Source: an uncultured Roseburia sp.
Lineage (GTDB): Bacteria; Bacillota; Clostridia; Lachnospirales; Lachnospiraceae
Assembly: GCA_964613325.1 (NCBI GenBank)
Contig: CAZTGP010000004.1
Location: 23,768-87,767, forward strand
Reading direction: 5' to 3'
Length of the DNA stretch: 64,000 nucleotides
In this document: piece by piece, positions 39,534 through 50,011 of the stretch
How the letters are laid out: every line of letters starts with the position of its first letter
Numbering within the stretch: position 1 is the stretch's first letter
Notes under the pieces: model-generated
The model's database searches: none
Told to the model about the DNA's origin: nothing
The model's input: the letters and a program-made list of their open reading frames with translations, nothing else
Made by a program: the position numbers and the translations under genes

Positions 39534-41114
39534 ATGAATTGGAAAGAAAATAGAAGTAGAATCGTTTTGTTGATGATTCTGTCCGTTGCAAGTGTTGTCA
39601 TGTTAATAGGAACAATTGCAAATCCAGGTCATATTTCCAAAAGCAGTTTAAACGTGGTTGAGCCCGTGAGCGTGGAAAAGACCGAGACAGGTGGATCAAT
39701 TCTTCGATTTGAAGTGGATAAAAATATAGGAATGCAGTCAACACTGGCATTTCTGTCAAGCCATCAATTTGTTCATGCATATGGCGGCGATGAAGAATTA
39801 TATAGTTTGACACAAACCGGTGGTGCCTGGGGACATACCACAGGAAATGTGTGGAATTTTGTTGTGATTCCAGAGGATGTCACATCCATAGAGGTTCGAC
39901 TGGAACCATGCTACCCAGAGGTGAAGGATTACCAGTGTACCTATTACTGGGGAATGGGCAGACAAATCTATACAGGATTGATGATCCGCTCTGTTTTACC
40001 GCTGGCTATCAGCTTATTGATTGCAGTGATTGGATGTTACATACTTATATATTGGTTGATTGTAAAACGAAATAGTGACGTAGATGAAACCTTGTTTTAT
40101 CTAGGAATTTTTTCTATTATTCTTGGATTCTGGTCTGCCAATGAGACGGATGCAGTTACGTTATTATTTGAGAATCGGATAGTAGCGTCCTTTAATTCTT
40201 TTGCATTTTTAATGATAATGGGAATCCCATTTGCATTATTTGTAAGAGATTTCTTACAGATGGGTGATAAGAAAATATGGAGAACATTTTGCAATTTGAG
40301 CTTAATCGAGATGCTTATCTGCAGCGTTCTTCATTTTACAGGAATTTTTGAATTAAGAAGAAGTGTAATATTTACGCACATAATTTTGGTGTTTGCCCTG
40401 TTCTGTTTGATTGGCTGTATGATATATAAAGTCATCAAGAAACAGGCAGATAAACGGCTGAAGATAAGTATGCTGGGTTTAGTATTTATTATTTTGGCAA
40501 CTGTAGTTGATCTGATTAGCTATTACTTTGTAAAAAATGATTCAGACGTGTTTGGACGTGTTTCATTCTTACTATTTATCATAGTTCTTGGAGTTGAATC
40601 TGCAAAGCAAACTATTATAACTTTGCAAAGAGGACGAAGAGCGAAGGAACTGGAACAGTTTGCATTGAACGATACTATGACTGGTTTCTACAATCGAAAC
40701 GCATATGATCATTATGTCCAAACGGAAAAAGCACCGTATCATAGCATGCTGATCACATTTGATTTAAACGATCTGAAGAAATGTAATGATGTCCATGGTC
40801 ATGCAGCAGGAGATAAGTATATTATAAGCGCAGCGAATGTGATTGAAGAGGTCTTTGGAAAATACGGAAAATGTTATCGAATTGGTGGAGATGAATTCTG
40901 CTGTGTGATAAAAAATGGAACAGATTGCCCGATTCAGCGCCTAATTCAAAAGGTAGATCAGGGAATGACTTTCTTGAATAATCAAAATATTCTTCCAGTT
41001 GAAGCGGGAATCGCATGCGGGTACTCTACATTTTCATTAGGGGATGAGAATATGGAACAGGTAAGAGCCCGTGCAGATGAGATGATGTACCAGGATAAGA
41101 AGAATAAAAAATAA
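39534..41114 (+). CDS. Membrane-bound diguanylate cyclase (periplasmic loop, ~7 TM, GGDEF)
   Basis: DTMTGFYNR, FDLNDLKKCNDVHGHAAGD and YRIGGDEF motifs. Confidence 0.88.
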   Translation: MNWKENRSRIVLLMILSVASVVMLIGTIANPGHISKSSLNVVEPVSVEKTETGGSILRFEVDKNIGMQSTLAFLSSHQFVHAYGGDEELYSLTQTGGAWGHTTGNVWNFVVIPEDVTSIEVRLEPCYPEVKDYQCTYYWGMGRQIYTGLMIRSVLPLAISLLIAVIGCYILIYWLIVKRNSDVDETLFYLGIFSIILGFWSANETDAVTLLFENRIVASFNSFAFLMIMGIPFALFVRDFLQMGDKKIWRTFCNLSLIEMLICSVLHFTGIFELRRSVIFTHIILVFALFCLIGCMIYKVIKKQADKRLKISMLGLVFIILATVVDLISYYFVKNDSDVFGRVSFLLFIIVLGVESAKQTIITLQRGRRAKELEQFALNDTMTGFYNRNAYDHYVQTEKAPYHSMLITFDLNDLKKCNDVHGHAAGDKYIISAANVIEEVFGKYGKCYRIGGDEFCCVIKNGTDCPIQRLIQKVDQGMTFLNNQNILPVEAGIACGYSTFSLGDENMEQVRARADEMMYQDKKNKK

Positions 41115-41137
41115 TGGTGGATTGAGGAGATAAGGTA

Positions 41138-41773
41138 ATGGGTGAGACAACAAAATTAATTGCATTGACATTTGATGATGGACCAAATACAAGTACTTCC
41201 ATGGAAGTACTAGATTTGTTGGAAAAATATCAGGTAAGAGCATCCTTTTTTCTGATTGGGGAATTAATAAAAGAGGAGACAATCCCAGTAATTCAAAGAG
41301 AGATGAGTCTTGGATGTGAGATTAACAATCACTCCTGGACACATTCTTTCATGAATAAGATGCCAAAGGAAGAGATTGCGGAAGAAATTCGTAAGACCTC
41401 AGAGAAGATTACGGAAATAACAGGAAAAGAACCACGTTTTTTCCGACCACCATATATTGAAGTAAATGATCTCATGTATGAAGTGATTGATATGCCATTT
41501 ATCTGTGGGCAGGGAGCTGAGGACTGGGTGCCTGAGGTGTCAGCAGATGAGAGAGCAAGACGTGTGTTAAAACAGGCACAGGATGGTTCCATTGTATTAT
41601 TGCATGATTTACTTGGCAATGTGAATACAGTAGAAGCTTTAAAAACAATTATTCCAGAACTAAAGCAAAGAGGCTTTGAATTTGTGACAGTCAGCGAACT
41701 TTTCGAAAGAAAGAACGAGCCGATTAGAAAGCATGTTGGAACAATCTATTCTCTTGTTCCAGAAGATAAATAA
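41138..41773 (+). CDS. Polysaccharide deacetylase (NodB/CE4)
   Basis: ALTFDDGP, NNHSWTH, FFRPPY and IVLLHD motifs. Confidence 0.92.
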   Translation: MGETTKLIALTFDDGPNTSTSMEVLDLLEKYQVRASFFLIGELIKEETIPVIQREMSLGCEINNHSWTHSFMNKMPKEEIAEEIRKTSEKITEITGKEPRFFRPPYIEVNDLMYEVIDMPFICGQGAEDWVPEVSADERARRVLKQAQDGSIVLLHDLLGNVNTVEALKTIIPELKQRGFEFVTVSELFERKNEPIRKHVGTIYSLVPEDK

Positions 41774-41786
41774 TTAAATTTGGTTA

Positions 41787-41815
41787 TTGACATACATTTT
41801 CTCTTGTGCTAAACT
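41787..41815 (+). promoter_or_regulatory. SigA promoter of the trp leader
   Basis: TTGACA, 17 bp, TG-C-TAAACT (extended -10). Confidence 0.75.
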
Positions 41816-41844
41816 TCATTTTAAGTTAATAACAATTTAATATG

Positions 41845-42143
41845 CTAAACCGTTGAAGTGGAGATAACGGCATTTATGAACTCACAGAGAGCTTGGAGTG
41901 ATGAGAACCAGGTAGGAAACAGATTGTCAAATGGACCACTGAGGGCACAGTCAAAGGTGCATGTGATGCGCTAAGTATTCTGTGACGTGGAGACTTACGT
42001 CAGTAGTCGGAAATATGATGGTATTTCGCAGAGAGTGTAGCATTTGCTATAAAGCAAGGTGGCAACGCGGGAATAATGAATAATTATATCTCGTCCTTAC
42101 TGATAGAATGAATTTTCTATTGGTATGGACGGGATTTTTTTTA
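41845..42143 (+). promoter_or_regulatory. Trp T-box riboswitch (transcriptional attenuator)
   Basis: Stem I with AGTGG/CCACT pairing and TGG (Trp) specifier at 41932-34; AGTA box; T-box AAGGTGGCAACGCGG at 42056-70; terminator hairpin with T tract ending ~42143. Confidence 0.9.
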
Positions 42144-42192
42144 TTTCCATACCGGTATGCGGAGACCCAACAATTTGAAGGAGGATCAAAAA

Positions 42193-43203
42193 ATGATCAA
42201 AGAAGCAATCAAAATGTTAGCAAAAAAAGAGAATCTTTCTTACGAGGAAGCAAATCAGGTAATGGATGAAATTATGTCAGGAGAGACATCCGATATTCAG
42301 ACATCGGCATTCTTAACAGCAATGGCAATGAAGGGCGAGACTATTGATGAGATTACAGGCTGTGCAGCAGGTATGAGAGCACACTGCGTGAAGGTGTTCA
42401 ATGATATGGATGTAGTAGAAATTGTTGGAACAGGTGGAGACGGATCGAATTCATTCAATATTTCAACAACAGCTGCAATCGTGACAGCAGCTGGTGGTGT
42501 TCCAGTTGCAAAACATGGAAACAGAGCTGCTTCCTCGAAATCAGGAACAGCGGATTGCTTTGAAGCGTTAGGGGTAAACATTTCAGTCAGCCCAGAGAAG
42601 AGTGCCCAGCTTCTGAAAGATATCAACCTATGCTTCTTATTTGCACAGAACTACCACATTTCAATGAAATATGTTGCTCCAGTAAGGAAGGAGCTTGGAA
42701 TTCGAACGGTATTCAATATCTTAGGACCTCTTGCCAATCCGGCAGGTGCTAATATGGAACTGATGGGGGTATATGATGAAGCATTGGTTCAGCCTCTGGC
42801 AGAGGTACTTGAGAAGCTCGGAGTAAAGCGAGGTATGGTGGTGTATGGTCAGGATTGCCTGGATGAAATCTCAATGAGCGCACCTACTACCGTATGTGAA
42901 TTTCATGATGGGAAGAGACAAAGCTATGTGATTCAGCCGGAGGATTTCGGATTTGAACGCTGCAGCAAGGAAGACCTGGTTGGGGGAACACCACAGGAAA
43001 ATGCCGAGATTACAAGAAGTATCTTAAACGGAGAACAGGGACCAAGAAGAAACGCAGTTCTCTTAAATGCAGGAGCAGCACTTTATATGGCAGGAAAATA
43101 TGATTCCATGGCTGATGGCGTAAAGGCTGCAGGAGAATTAATCGACAGCGGAAAAGCAATGGCGAAGTTAGAAGAATTTATTAAGAGAAGCAATGAAGAA
43201 TAA
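42193..43203 (+). CDS. trpD: Anthranilate phosphoribosyltransferase
   Basis: [40 protein letters not shown] and DEIS motifs. Confidence 0.95.
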   Translation: MIKEAIKMLAKKENLSYEEANQVMDEIMSGETSDIQTSAFLTAMAMKGETIDEITGCAAGMRAHCVKVFNDMDVVEIVGTGGDGSNSFNISTTAAIVTAAGGVPVAKHGNRAASSKSGTADCFEALGVNISVSPEKSAQLLKDINLCFLFAQNYHISMKYVAPVRKELGIRTVFNILGPLANPAGANMELMGVYDEALVQPLAEVLEKLGVKRGMVVYGQDCLDEISMSAPTTVCEFHDGKRQSYVIQPEDFGFERCSKEDLVGGTPQENAEITRSILNGEQGPRRNAVLLNAGAALYMAGKYDSMADGVKAAGELIDSGKAMAKLEEFIKRSNEE

Positions 43204-43257
43204 AGAGATCATGAAGCAAACTGAGTGAGATAGAAAATGAGAAAGGAACCAGAAATT

Positions 43258-44049
43258 ATGATTCTAGATGAACTGGCAGCGTATGCAAAAGAGCGTGTGG
43301 CACTGGCAAAGAGCGCAGTGCCATTGGAGCAAATCAGAGACAAAGCGTGCGCACTACCCAAAGGAGACTTCCGATTTGAAAAAGCTCTACGAAAGAGTCA
43401 GATGGGATTTATCTGTGAAGTAAAGAAGGCATCTCCGTCAAAAGGAATTATCTCAGAAGAGTTCCCATATGTAGAGATTGCAAAGTCTTATGAGGCGGCA
43501 GGTGCTACTTGCATTTCCTGTCTGACAGAACCAAAATGGTTCCTTGGATCAGATGAAATCTTTCGTGAAATCAGAGAGAATGTAACAATTCCAATGCTTC
43601 GGAAGGATTTTACAGTGGATGCATACCAGATCTACGAAGCAAAGGTGATGGGAGCGGATGCGGTGCTTCTTATTTGTGCACTGTTGGATACCAAAACACT
43701 GCGAGCTTATCTGGATATCTGTAACAAGCTTGGAATCAGCGCATTAGTGGAGACACATGATGAGCGGGAGATTGATTCTGCAGTTGCAGCGGGAGCCAAA
43801 CTCATTGGTGTCAACAATCGTAATCTGAAAGATTTCACAGTGGATTTCTCTAATGCAGTGAATTTGAGAAAACGAATTCCAGAGGATGCACTTTATGTGG
43901 CAGAGAGTGGCGTAGCGAACAGGGAACAGGTAAAGGCACTTGCCAGGATCGGAGCTGATGCGGTTCTGATGGGAGAAGCCTTGATGAAGGCTGAGAATCG
44001 TATGCATTTTCTAACAGAGTTACAGGAGGCAGCCAGTGAGTCAAATTAA
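43258..44049 (+). CDS. trpC: Indole-3-glycerol-phosphate synthase
   Basis: ICEVKKASPSKG, SCLTE, LRKDF, GADAVLLI, GVNNRNL and AESG motifs. Confidence 0.95.
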   Translation: MILDELAAYAKERVALAKSAVPLEQIRDKACALPKGDFRFEKALRKSQMGFICEVKKASPSKGIISEEFPYVEIAKSYEAAGATCISCLTEPKWFLGSDEIFREIRENVTIPMLRKDFTVDAYQIYEAKVMGADAVLLICALLDTKTLRAYLDICNKLGISALVETHDEREIDSAVAAGAKLIGVNNRNLKDFTVDFSNAVNLRKRIPEDALYVAESGVANREQVKALARIGADAVLMGEALMKAENRMHFLTELQEAASESN

Positions 44050-44644
44050 AATATGCGGATTGTCGAGAACACAGGATATCGTATATGTGAATGAAGCAAG
44101 ACCAGATTATGTGGGATTCATTATGAATTTCCCAAGAAGCCACCGCAATGTGACACCAGAGCAGGTTAGAGTGTTACGCCAGAAATTGGCGGAGGATATT
44201 CAAGCGGTTGGAGTATTTGTAGATCAACCAATCGAGAGCATCTCTGCGATTGCACAGCATACAGGGATTGATTTCATTCAGCTTCATGGAAGTGAATCAG
44301 AGCAGGATATCGAGTTATTACAGAAACAGACAAAATTGCCTGTAATTAAGGCGTTTCAAATAAGAAGCAGCGAAGATTTGCAAAAAGCACAGAATAGCTG
44401 CGCAGATTATATTCTGCTAGACAGTGGGCAGGGGACTGGAACACAATTTGATTGGTCACTGTTAGGCTCAGTGCACAGACCGTATTTTCTAGCAGGAGGA
44501 CTGACACCGGAGAATATGGCAGAGGCAATTCATAAGCTGCATCCCTTTGCACTTGATGTATCAAGTGGTGTGGAAACAGAGAAGCAGAAGGATTTTAAGA
44601 AGATAAAACGTGTAGTGACAAGCGCACATAACATATTAGAATAA
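44036..44644 (+). CDS. trpF: Phosphoribosylanthranilate isomerase
   Basis: IKICGL, VGVF, IQLHGSE, LLDS, LAGGLTPEN and LDVSSGVE motifs; GTG start. Confidence 0.95.
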   Translation: MSQIKICGLSRTQDIVYVNEARPDYVGFIMNFPRSHRNVTPEQVRVLRQKLAEDIQAVGVFVDQPIESISAIAQHTGIDFIQLHGSESEQDIELLQKQTKLPVIKAFQIRSSEDLQKAQNSCADYILLDSGQGTGTQFDWSLLGSVHRPYFLAGGLTPENMAEAIHKLHPFALDVSSGVETEKQKDFKKIKRVVTSAHNILE

Positions 44645-44672
44645 TTTGGTGTAAAAGTAAGGAGAAAGAAAG

Positions 44673-45857
44673 ATGAGTAAAGGACGTTTTGGAATTCATG
44701 GAGGACAATATATGCCAGAGACACTGATGAATGCAGTGATTGAGCTGGAAGAGGCATATAATCATTATAAAGATGATCCTGAATTTAACCGAGAGTTAAC
44801 GGACTTATTGAATAATTATGCAGGCCGTCCATCAGGGTTATATTTTGCAAAACGCATGACAGAGGATCTCGGTGGAGCAAAAATCTATCTGAAGCGTGAG
44901 GATCTCAATCACACAGGTTCACACAAGATCAACAATGTGTTAGGGCAGGTGCTTCTGGCGAAGAAGATGGGAAAGACCAGGGTAATTGCAGAGACTGGTG
45001 CTGGTCAGCACGGAGTGGCAACTGCGACAGCAGCTGCACTTATGGATATGGAATGTGAAGTATTCATGGGAAAAGAGGATACAATTCGTCAAGCCTTAAA
45101 CGTGTATCGAATGAAGTTACTTGGAGCAAAGGTTCATACGGTTACCGCGGGAACTGCTACGTTAAAGGATGCAGTATCAGCAGCACTTATGGAGTGGACC
45201 ACAAGAATGGATGACACACATTATGTGATTGGATCTGTTATGGGACCTCATCCGTTTCCAACAATTGTCCGTGACTTCCAGGCGGTAATTTCAAAGGAAG
45301 TAAAAGAACAGTGTATGAAAGCAGAAGGCAAACTTCCTGATGCTGTATTAGCTTGCGTAGGCGGTGGATCTAATGCAATGGGATCTTTCTACAATTTCAT
45401 TGAGGATAAAGAAGTAAAGTTGATTGGATGTGAGGCAGCAGGACGTGGAGTTCATACAGCAGAGACAGCAGCCACCATTGCTACCGGAAGAGAAGGCATT
45501 TTCCATGGAATGAAGAGCTACTTCTGTCAGGATGAATTCGGACAGATTGCTCCAGTGTATTCCATTTCTGCTGGACTGGATTATCCGGGAATTGGACCAG
45601 AGCATGCCATGCTATATGACCAGGGAAGAGCACAATATGTGCCAATTACAGATGATGAAGCGGTAGATGCCTTTGAATATTTATCTAGAATTGAAGGAAT
45701 TATTCCAGCAATTGAGAGTGCACATGCGGTTGCATATGCCAGAAAGCTAGCGCCAACTATGAAAAAAGACCAAGTGATTGTAGTAACAATTTCAGGCCGT
45801 GGGGATAAAGACTGCGCAGCCATTGCACGTTACAGAGGGGAGAACATTTATGAATAA
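44673..45857 (+). CDS. trpB: Tryptophan synthase beta chain
   Basis: [46 protein letters not shown] and SGRGDKD motifs. Confidence 0.97.
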   Translation: MSKGRFGIHGGQYMPETLMNAVIELEEAYNHYKDDPEFNRELTDLLNNYAGRPSGLYFAKRMTEDLGGAKIYLKREDLNHTGSHKINNVLGQVLLAKKMGKTRVIAETGAGQHGVATATAAALMDMECEVFMGKEDTIRQALNVYRMKLLGAKVHTVTAGTATLKDAVSAALMEWTTRMDDTHYVIGSVMGPHPFPTIVRDFQAVISKEVKEQCMKAEGKLPDAVLACVGGGSNAMGSFYNFIEDKEVKLIGCEAAGRGVHTAETAATIATGREGIFHGMKSYFCQDEFGQIAPVYSISAGLDYPGIGPEHAMLYDQGRAQYVPITDDEAVDAFEYLSRIEGIIPAIESAHAVAYARKLAPTMKKDQVIVVTISGRGDKDCAAIARYRGENIYE

Positions 45858-46620
45858 GATTAGTAAAGCATTTGAAAATGGGAAGGCATTTATTCCTTTT
45901 ATAACATGTGGATATCCAGATCTTGAGACAACTGAGAAGCTCGTGTATGCCATGGAGGAAGCAGGTGCGGATTTGATTGAGCTTGGAATTCCTTTCTCAG
46001 ATCCAACAGCGGAAGGACCTGTGATTCAAAATGCAAGCCTTCAGGCATTAGAAGGTGGAGTGACAACAACGAAGATCTTTGATATGGTTGCAAAGATTCG
46101 GAAGAAAACACAGCTTCCAATGGTGTTTATGACTTATGCTAACGTAATTTTCTCCTATGGCTCAGAGAGATTTCTTTCGAAAGCAGCAGAGCTTGGAATC
46201 GATGGAATTATTCTTCCAGACATTCCCTTTGAGGAAAAGGAAGAGTTTGAGCCGCTTTGTAAGAAATATGATTTGGCACTGATTTCTATGATTGCACCAA
46301 CCTCGGAAGACAGAATATCTATGATTGCAAAGGAAAGCTCGGGATTTGTATACTGTGTTTCCTCTCTTGGAGTAACTGGAGTAAGAGACGGTATTGTAAC
46401 AAATATTAAATCCATGGTAGAAAAGGTGAAGGCCGAGCAGAATATTCCTTGTGCTGTGGGCTTTGGTATTTCCACACCAGAACAGGCCAAGAAGATGGCA
46501 CAGGATGCAGATGGCGTCATCGTTGGTTCCGCCATTGTGAAAATCTGTGCAGAGCATGGAAGAGATGCAGTCCCTTATGTCAAGGAATATGTGAAGTCTA
46601 TGAAGGATGCAATACGGTAA
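45850..46620 (+). CDS. trpA: Tryptophan synthase alpha chain
   Basis: [32 protein letters not shown] and VGFGIS motifs; overlaps the trpB stop. Confidence 0.97.
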   Translation: MNKISKAFENGKAFIPFITCGYPDLETTEKLVYAMEEAGADLIELGIPFSDPTAEGPVIQNASLQALEGGVTTTKIFDMVAKIRKKTQLPMVFMTYANVIFSYGSERFLSKAAELGIDGIILPDIPFEEKEEFEPLCKKYDLALISMIAPTSEDRISMIAKESSGFVYCVSSLGVTGVRDGIVTNIKSMVEKVKAEQNIPCAVGFGISTPEQAKKMAQDADGVIVGSAIVKICAEHGRDAVPYVKEYVKSMKDAIR

Positions 46621-46656
46621 CTACGTTAAATGATAAGATAGAGGAGAAATGATATC

Positions 46657-47331
46657 ATGGCTTTTCAATTGAATGAAGTAGTACCTTGGGGGAGAAATAT
46701 CAAGGAATATCAAAAGATGTTTTGTTTAGAGGAACAGGATATGACAAAGAAGTTAGCTGGATTTGGAGATGGTCCAGCTAGTTTTAATTATGAAGCAACT
46801 TGCCAGGGGTGTTCTGTTACGTCCTTTGATCCAATCTATCAGTTTTCAAAAGAAGATTTGCAGAAGAGAATTGAGACTGTTCGTAATACGGTTATGGATC
46901 AGATGAGAAAAAACAAAGACAATTATGTCTGGACAAATATAAAAAGTATTGATGAGCTTGAAAAGATACGGATGTCTGCAATGGGGGTGTTTTTAGAGGA
47001 TTATGAGAAAGGCAGAGAAGAGGGACGTTACGTTTATCATGAATTGCCAGAGACGTTGCCTTACGGGAATCAAACGTTTGATATTGGATTAAGTTCACAT
47101 TTTCTATTAATGTATACAGCACTTGGCTATGAGTTCCATATTCAGGCAATGGAGGAAATGCTTCGGGTTTGCAAAGAAATTCGCATTTTCCCGATTGTGG
47201 ATTTGGATGCACACAATACGAAATTGGCAAATGATGTGATTCATTACTTTGAAAAGGAACATGAAGTGGAAATTGTTCATACGCAGTATGAATTCCAAAA
47301 AGGAGATAATAAACTGTTGATTATTCGATAA
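46657..47331 (+). CDS. SAM-dependent methyltransferase-like protein
   Basis: FGDGPASFN, SFDPIY, LPYGNQTFDIGLSSHFLLMY motifs. Confidence 0.7.
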   Translation: MAFQLNEVVPWGRNIKEYQKMFCLEEQDMTKKLAGFGDGPASFNYEATCQGCSVTSFDPIYQFSKEDLQKRIETVRNTVMDQMRKNKDNYVWTNIKSIDELEKIRMSAMGVFLEDYEKGREEGRYVYHELPETLPYGNQTFDIGLSSHFLLMYTALGYEFHIQAMEEMLRVCKEIRIFPIVDLDAHNTKLANDVIHYFEKEHEVEIVHTQYEFQKGDNKLLIIR

Positions 47332-47481
47332 AATGACGTTAAGATTTATATATTAAAATGTGTTCTGGAACCTTGATTTTAATGGGATGCAACAGAAAGT
47401 TTACATATAGAAATTCAGTTGGGATGGTGTATTTGACCAAGGAAAACTATAATGAGGAAAACTTGAAAGGAGCCCATTCAT

Positions 47482-47943
47482 ATGACGACAGGTGAAAAAA
47501 TAGCAAAGTTAAGAAAAGAGAATAATTATACGCAGGAACAGTTAGCAGAGGTTCTTGGAGTGTCAAGGCAGGCAGTATCTCGCTGGGAGACGGATCAGAT
47601 GTACCCAGATACCGAGAAGATGATTGTAATCAGCAAAGTATTCGAGTGTACCATGGACTTTCTTTTGAAAGAAGAAATCGAGGATAAGAATGTGAATACT
47701 GTGCAGGTGAAGCAGGAGCAGGTAACGAATACCTCTCAGAGTCAAGAATATCCATTTAGTAAAGGCGCATTTATGACTTATATGTCATTTCCACCTTTAT
47801 TTGGTTGGATTGTGGCTTTCTATTCCATTCGTTATCAGAAAGAACAGGAGGATACACTTAAACTGATTCTTTCCGTAGTCGGAATGCTGTTCTCACTAAC
47901 GATGACATTCCTTATGATTGCTGGATTTGTGTTTGATTTGTAG
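47482..47943 (+). CDS. XRE HTH regulator with C-terminal TM helices
   Basis: LRKENNYTQEQLAEVLGVSRQAVSRWE...YPD; two C-terminal hydrophobic segments. Confidence 0.88.
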   Translation: MTTGEKIAKLRKENNYTQEQLAEVLGVSRQAVSRWETDQMYPDTEKMIVISKVFECTMDFLLKEEIEDKNVNTVQVKQEQVTNTSQSQEYPFSKGAFMTYMSFPPLFGWIVAFYSIRYQKEQEDTLKLILSVVGMLFSLTMTFLMIAGFVFDL

Positions 47944-47954
47944 GAGGAAAATGT

Positions 47955-48278
47955 ATGGAAATCGGTCGATTGATTGTTGGAATAGTATGTTGCGTGATTG
48001 CAGTTGCACTGGGAATCTATGTTTCTTTTACATTACGACAAAAGGGACCGATTTTCTCAAATACATATCTGTGGTTGAGCAAAGAGGAGCGTGAGAAGGC
48101 GGATAAAAAAGCGGAATATAGGCTGGTTTCTGTTGTCTTTGGATTATTGGCTCTTGCAGCTTTGAGCGAGGGGATGTTTGCTCTGACGGATATGAAATTA
48201 TTTTCCTATATAGGAGTAGTGTTTATTGCTATAGATCTGTTTTATGCAATAAGAAAATCCTATATAGGAATAAAATAA
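47955..48278 (+). CDS. Small three-TM membrane protein (DUF3784-like)
   Basis: AGGAGG RBS; TM - KGPIFSNTYLWLSKEEREKADKK - TM - TM layout. Confidence 0.6.
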   Translation: MEIGRLIVGIVCCVIAVALGIYVSFTLRQKGPIFSNTYLWLSKEEREKADKKAEYRLVSVVFGLLALAALSEGMFALTDMKLFSYIGVVFIAIDLFYAIRKSYIGIK

Positions 48279-48292
48279 ATTGATAATAAAAA

Positions 48293-50011
48293 TTACTGGG
48301 ATACGGTAAACAAGGAGTAGAAGTATCCCTTTTTCTCCATCAATGAGTGGAAGTCTCCGGCTTCTACAATCTCACCAGCTTTCATAGTAAGAATGCAATC
48401 ATAATTCTTTAAGATGGATTCATCTAGGTCATGAGTGATAACGATGCGAGTCATACTCTTAAGTCCAAGAATGACAGAGGATATCTGATAAGAGGTCTCG
48501 GCATCAAGTGCGGAGGTGGCTTCATCTACCAGAAGAACGGAGGAGTTGCGAAGTAGACTTCTTGCAATGGAGATCCGTTGCTTCTCACCGCCAGATAGGC
48601 CAACACCATCTTCACCACAGAGATAATCTGCGCCATGCTTTTCAATGATGGAGGTCAGACCAGATAGTTCGATCACGCGGTTTACCATTTCATCTGGGAA
48701 GCTTTGAAACATGGTGATATTATCACGAATGGTTGCATGGAAAAGGAACACATTCTGTTGAATGATAGAGGTGAGCTCATAGATAGACGCAGGATTGATC
48801 TCTTTTAATTCATGTCCGTCAAAACAAATATGACCAGAATAATTCGTGTGTGAAGCCATAAGTAGATTCAAAAGAGTAGATTTACCACAGCCGGAACCAC
48901 CTACGAGACAATAGCTTTTGCCAGACTCAAATGTGGTAGAGATGTTGTGGAGAATCTCCTGATTTTCCTCATATCCAAAGGAAAGGTTCTGAAGTTCAAT
49001 TCCAGATTCCAAGTTATTAGAGATGGCATATCCTTCTTCACTTCGATTCTGATCTAAGGCTTCTGCCATTTTATCAATTAATCCAAGAGCAGCTTTTCGG
49101 CTGGCAAAGATCCCAGGAAGTTCAGCAATTGGTGTAATGATGAAATTCATAAGATTCACAAATGCAATAATTACACCGGCAGTGATTGGATAACCGGAGA
49201 GTGTCAGGTAGGCACCTGCAATAAACACACCGAGCTGAGCAATAATTCCAGTCACCATACCAATAAGCTGAATGATGGTGGCAACTTTTCTTTTCTTATA
49301 TTTGCTCCCTTCTACCTGCTCATTGCTCTGTGAAAAAATATCATAGATGGAGGATTCCGCCTTAAAGCTCTTTACAACGGAGAAACCACTTAGAATATCC
49401 TTAAGTGTGATAGTAAACGCTGCATTTTGGTCAGAGACCTGTCGCTCTAATTGGCCTAGACGACTTCCGGTAAGAATTGATGCGGCAAATGGGAGCGCAG
49501 ATAATGCAATTGCGATAAAAGTGAGCAATGGAGAATACCAAAGCATCATAAGAAGCGCTCCGAAAAAGAGAATGAGATTGGTAATCATGTCAAATTGTTT
49601 GGAAAGATAATTCTCTTCGATACTGTTGACATCATTGGTAAACCCTGACAAATAAGAGGAACTGCTCTCATTCTGGAAGGTTGCTATGTTTTTTCTAGTA
49701 AGATTGCGAAATGCAAATTCCTTATATTGTAGGATCGCATTTCGAATAAAACGTGGACAGGAATAATAATTGACAAGTTTCATTACAATTACAAATAAGA
49801 TCATTCCAATAGAAAATAAAGTGATTTGCGACAAAGATAAGGTATGATCTACTCCTGAGATGTTGTCGATAATCTGTTGCATAACCCATGATAAAATAAG
49901 GTTACATGCGATTAGTAAGATGGCTGAAAGTGCGGCAAAAAAATATGCCAGCTTATTCTTTCGATAGAACTGCGCCAGATAAATCTGACGTTTGCTATTC
50001 GATTGGTTCAT
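48293..50011 (-). CDS. ABC exporter, fused permease/ATPase
   Basis: Six-TM N-terminal domain; GGSGCGKS, LSGGEKQR and VDEATSALD motifs. Start at MNQS behind GGAGG. Confidence 0.92.
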   Translation of the reverse strand: MNQSNSKRQIYLAQFYRKNKLAYFFAALSAILLIACNLILSWVMQQIIDNISGVDHTLSLSQITLFSIGMILFVIVMKLVNYYSCPRFIRNAILQYKEFAFRNLTRKNIATFQNESSSSYLSGFTNDVNSIEENYLSKQFDMITNLILFFGALLMMLWYSPLLTFIAIALSALPFAASILTGSRLGQLERQVSDQNAAFTITLKDILSGFSVVKSFKAESSIYDIFSQSNEQVEGSKYKKRKVATIIQLIGMVTGIIAQLGVFIAGAYLTLSGYPITAGVIIAFVNLMNFIITPIAELPGIFASRKAALGLIDKMAEALDQNRSEEGYAISNNLESGIELQNLSFGYEENQEILHNISTTFESGKSYCLVGGSGCGKSTLLNLLMASHTNYSGHICFDGHELKEINPASIYELTSIIQQNVFLFHATIRDNITMFQSFPDEMVNRVIELSGLTSIIEKHGADYLCGEDGVGLSGGEKQRISIARSLLRNSSVLLVDEATSALDAETSYQISSVILGLKSMTRIVITHDLDESILKNYDCILTMKAGEIVEAGDFHSLMEKKGYFYSLFTVSQ

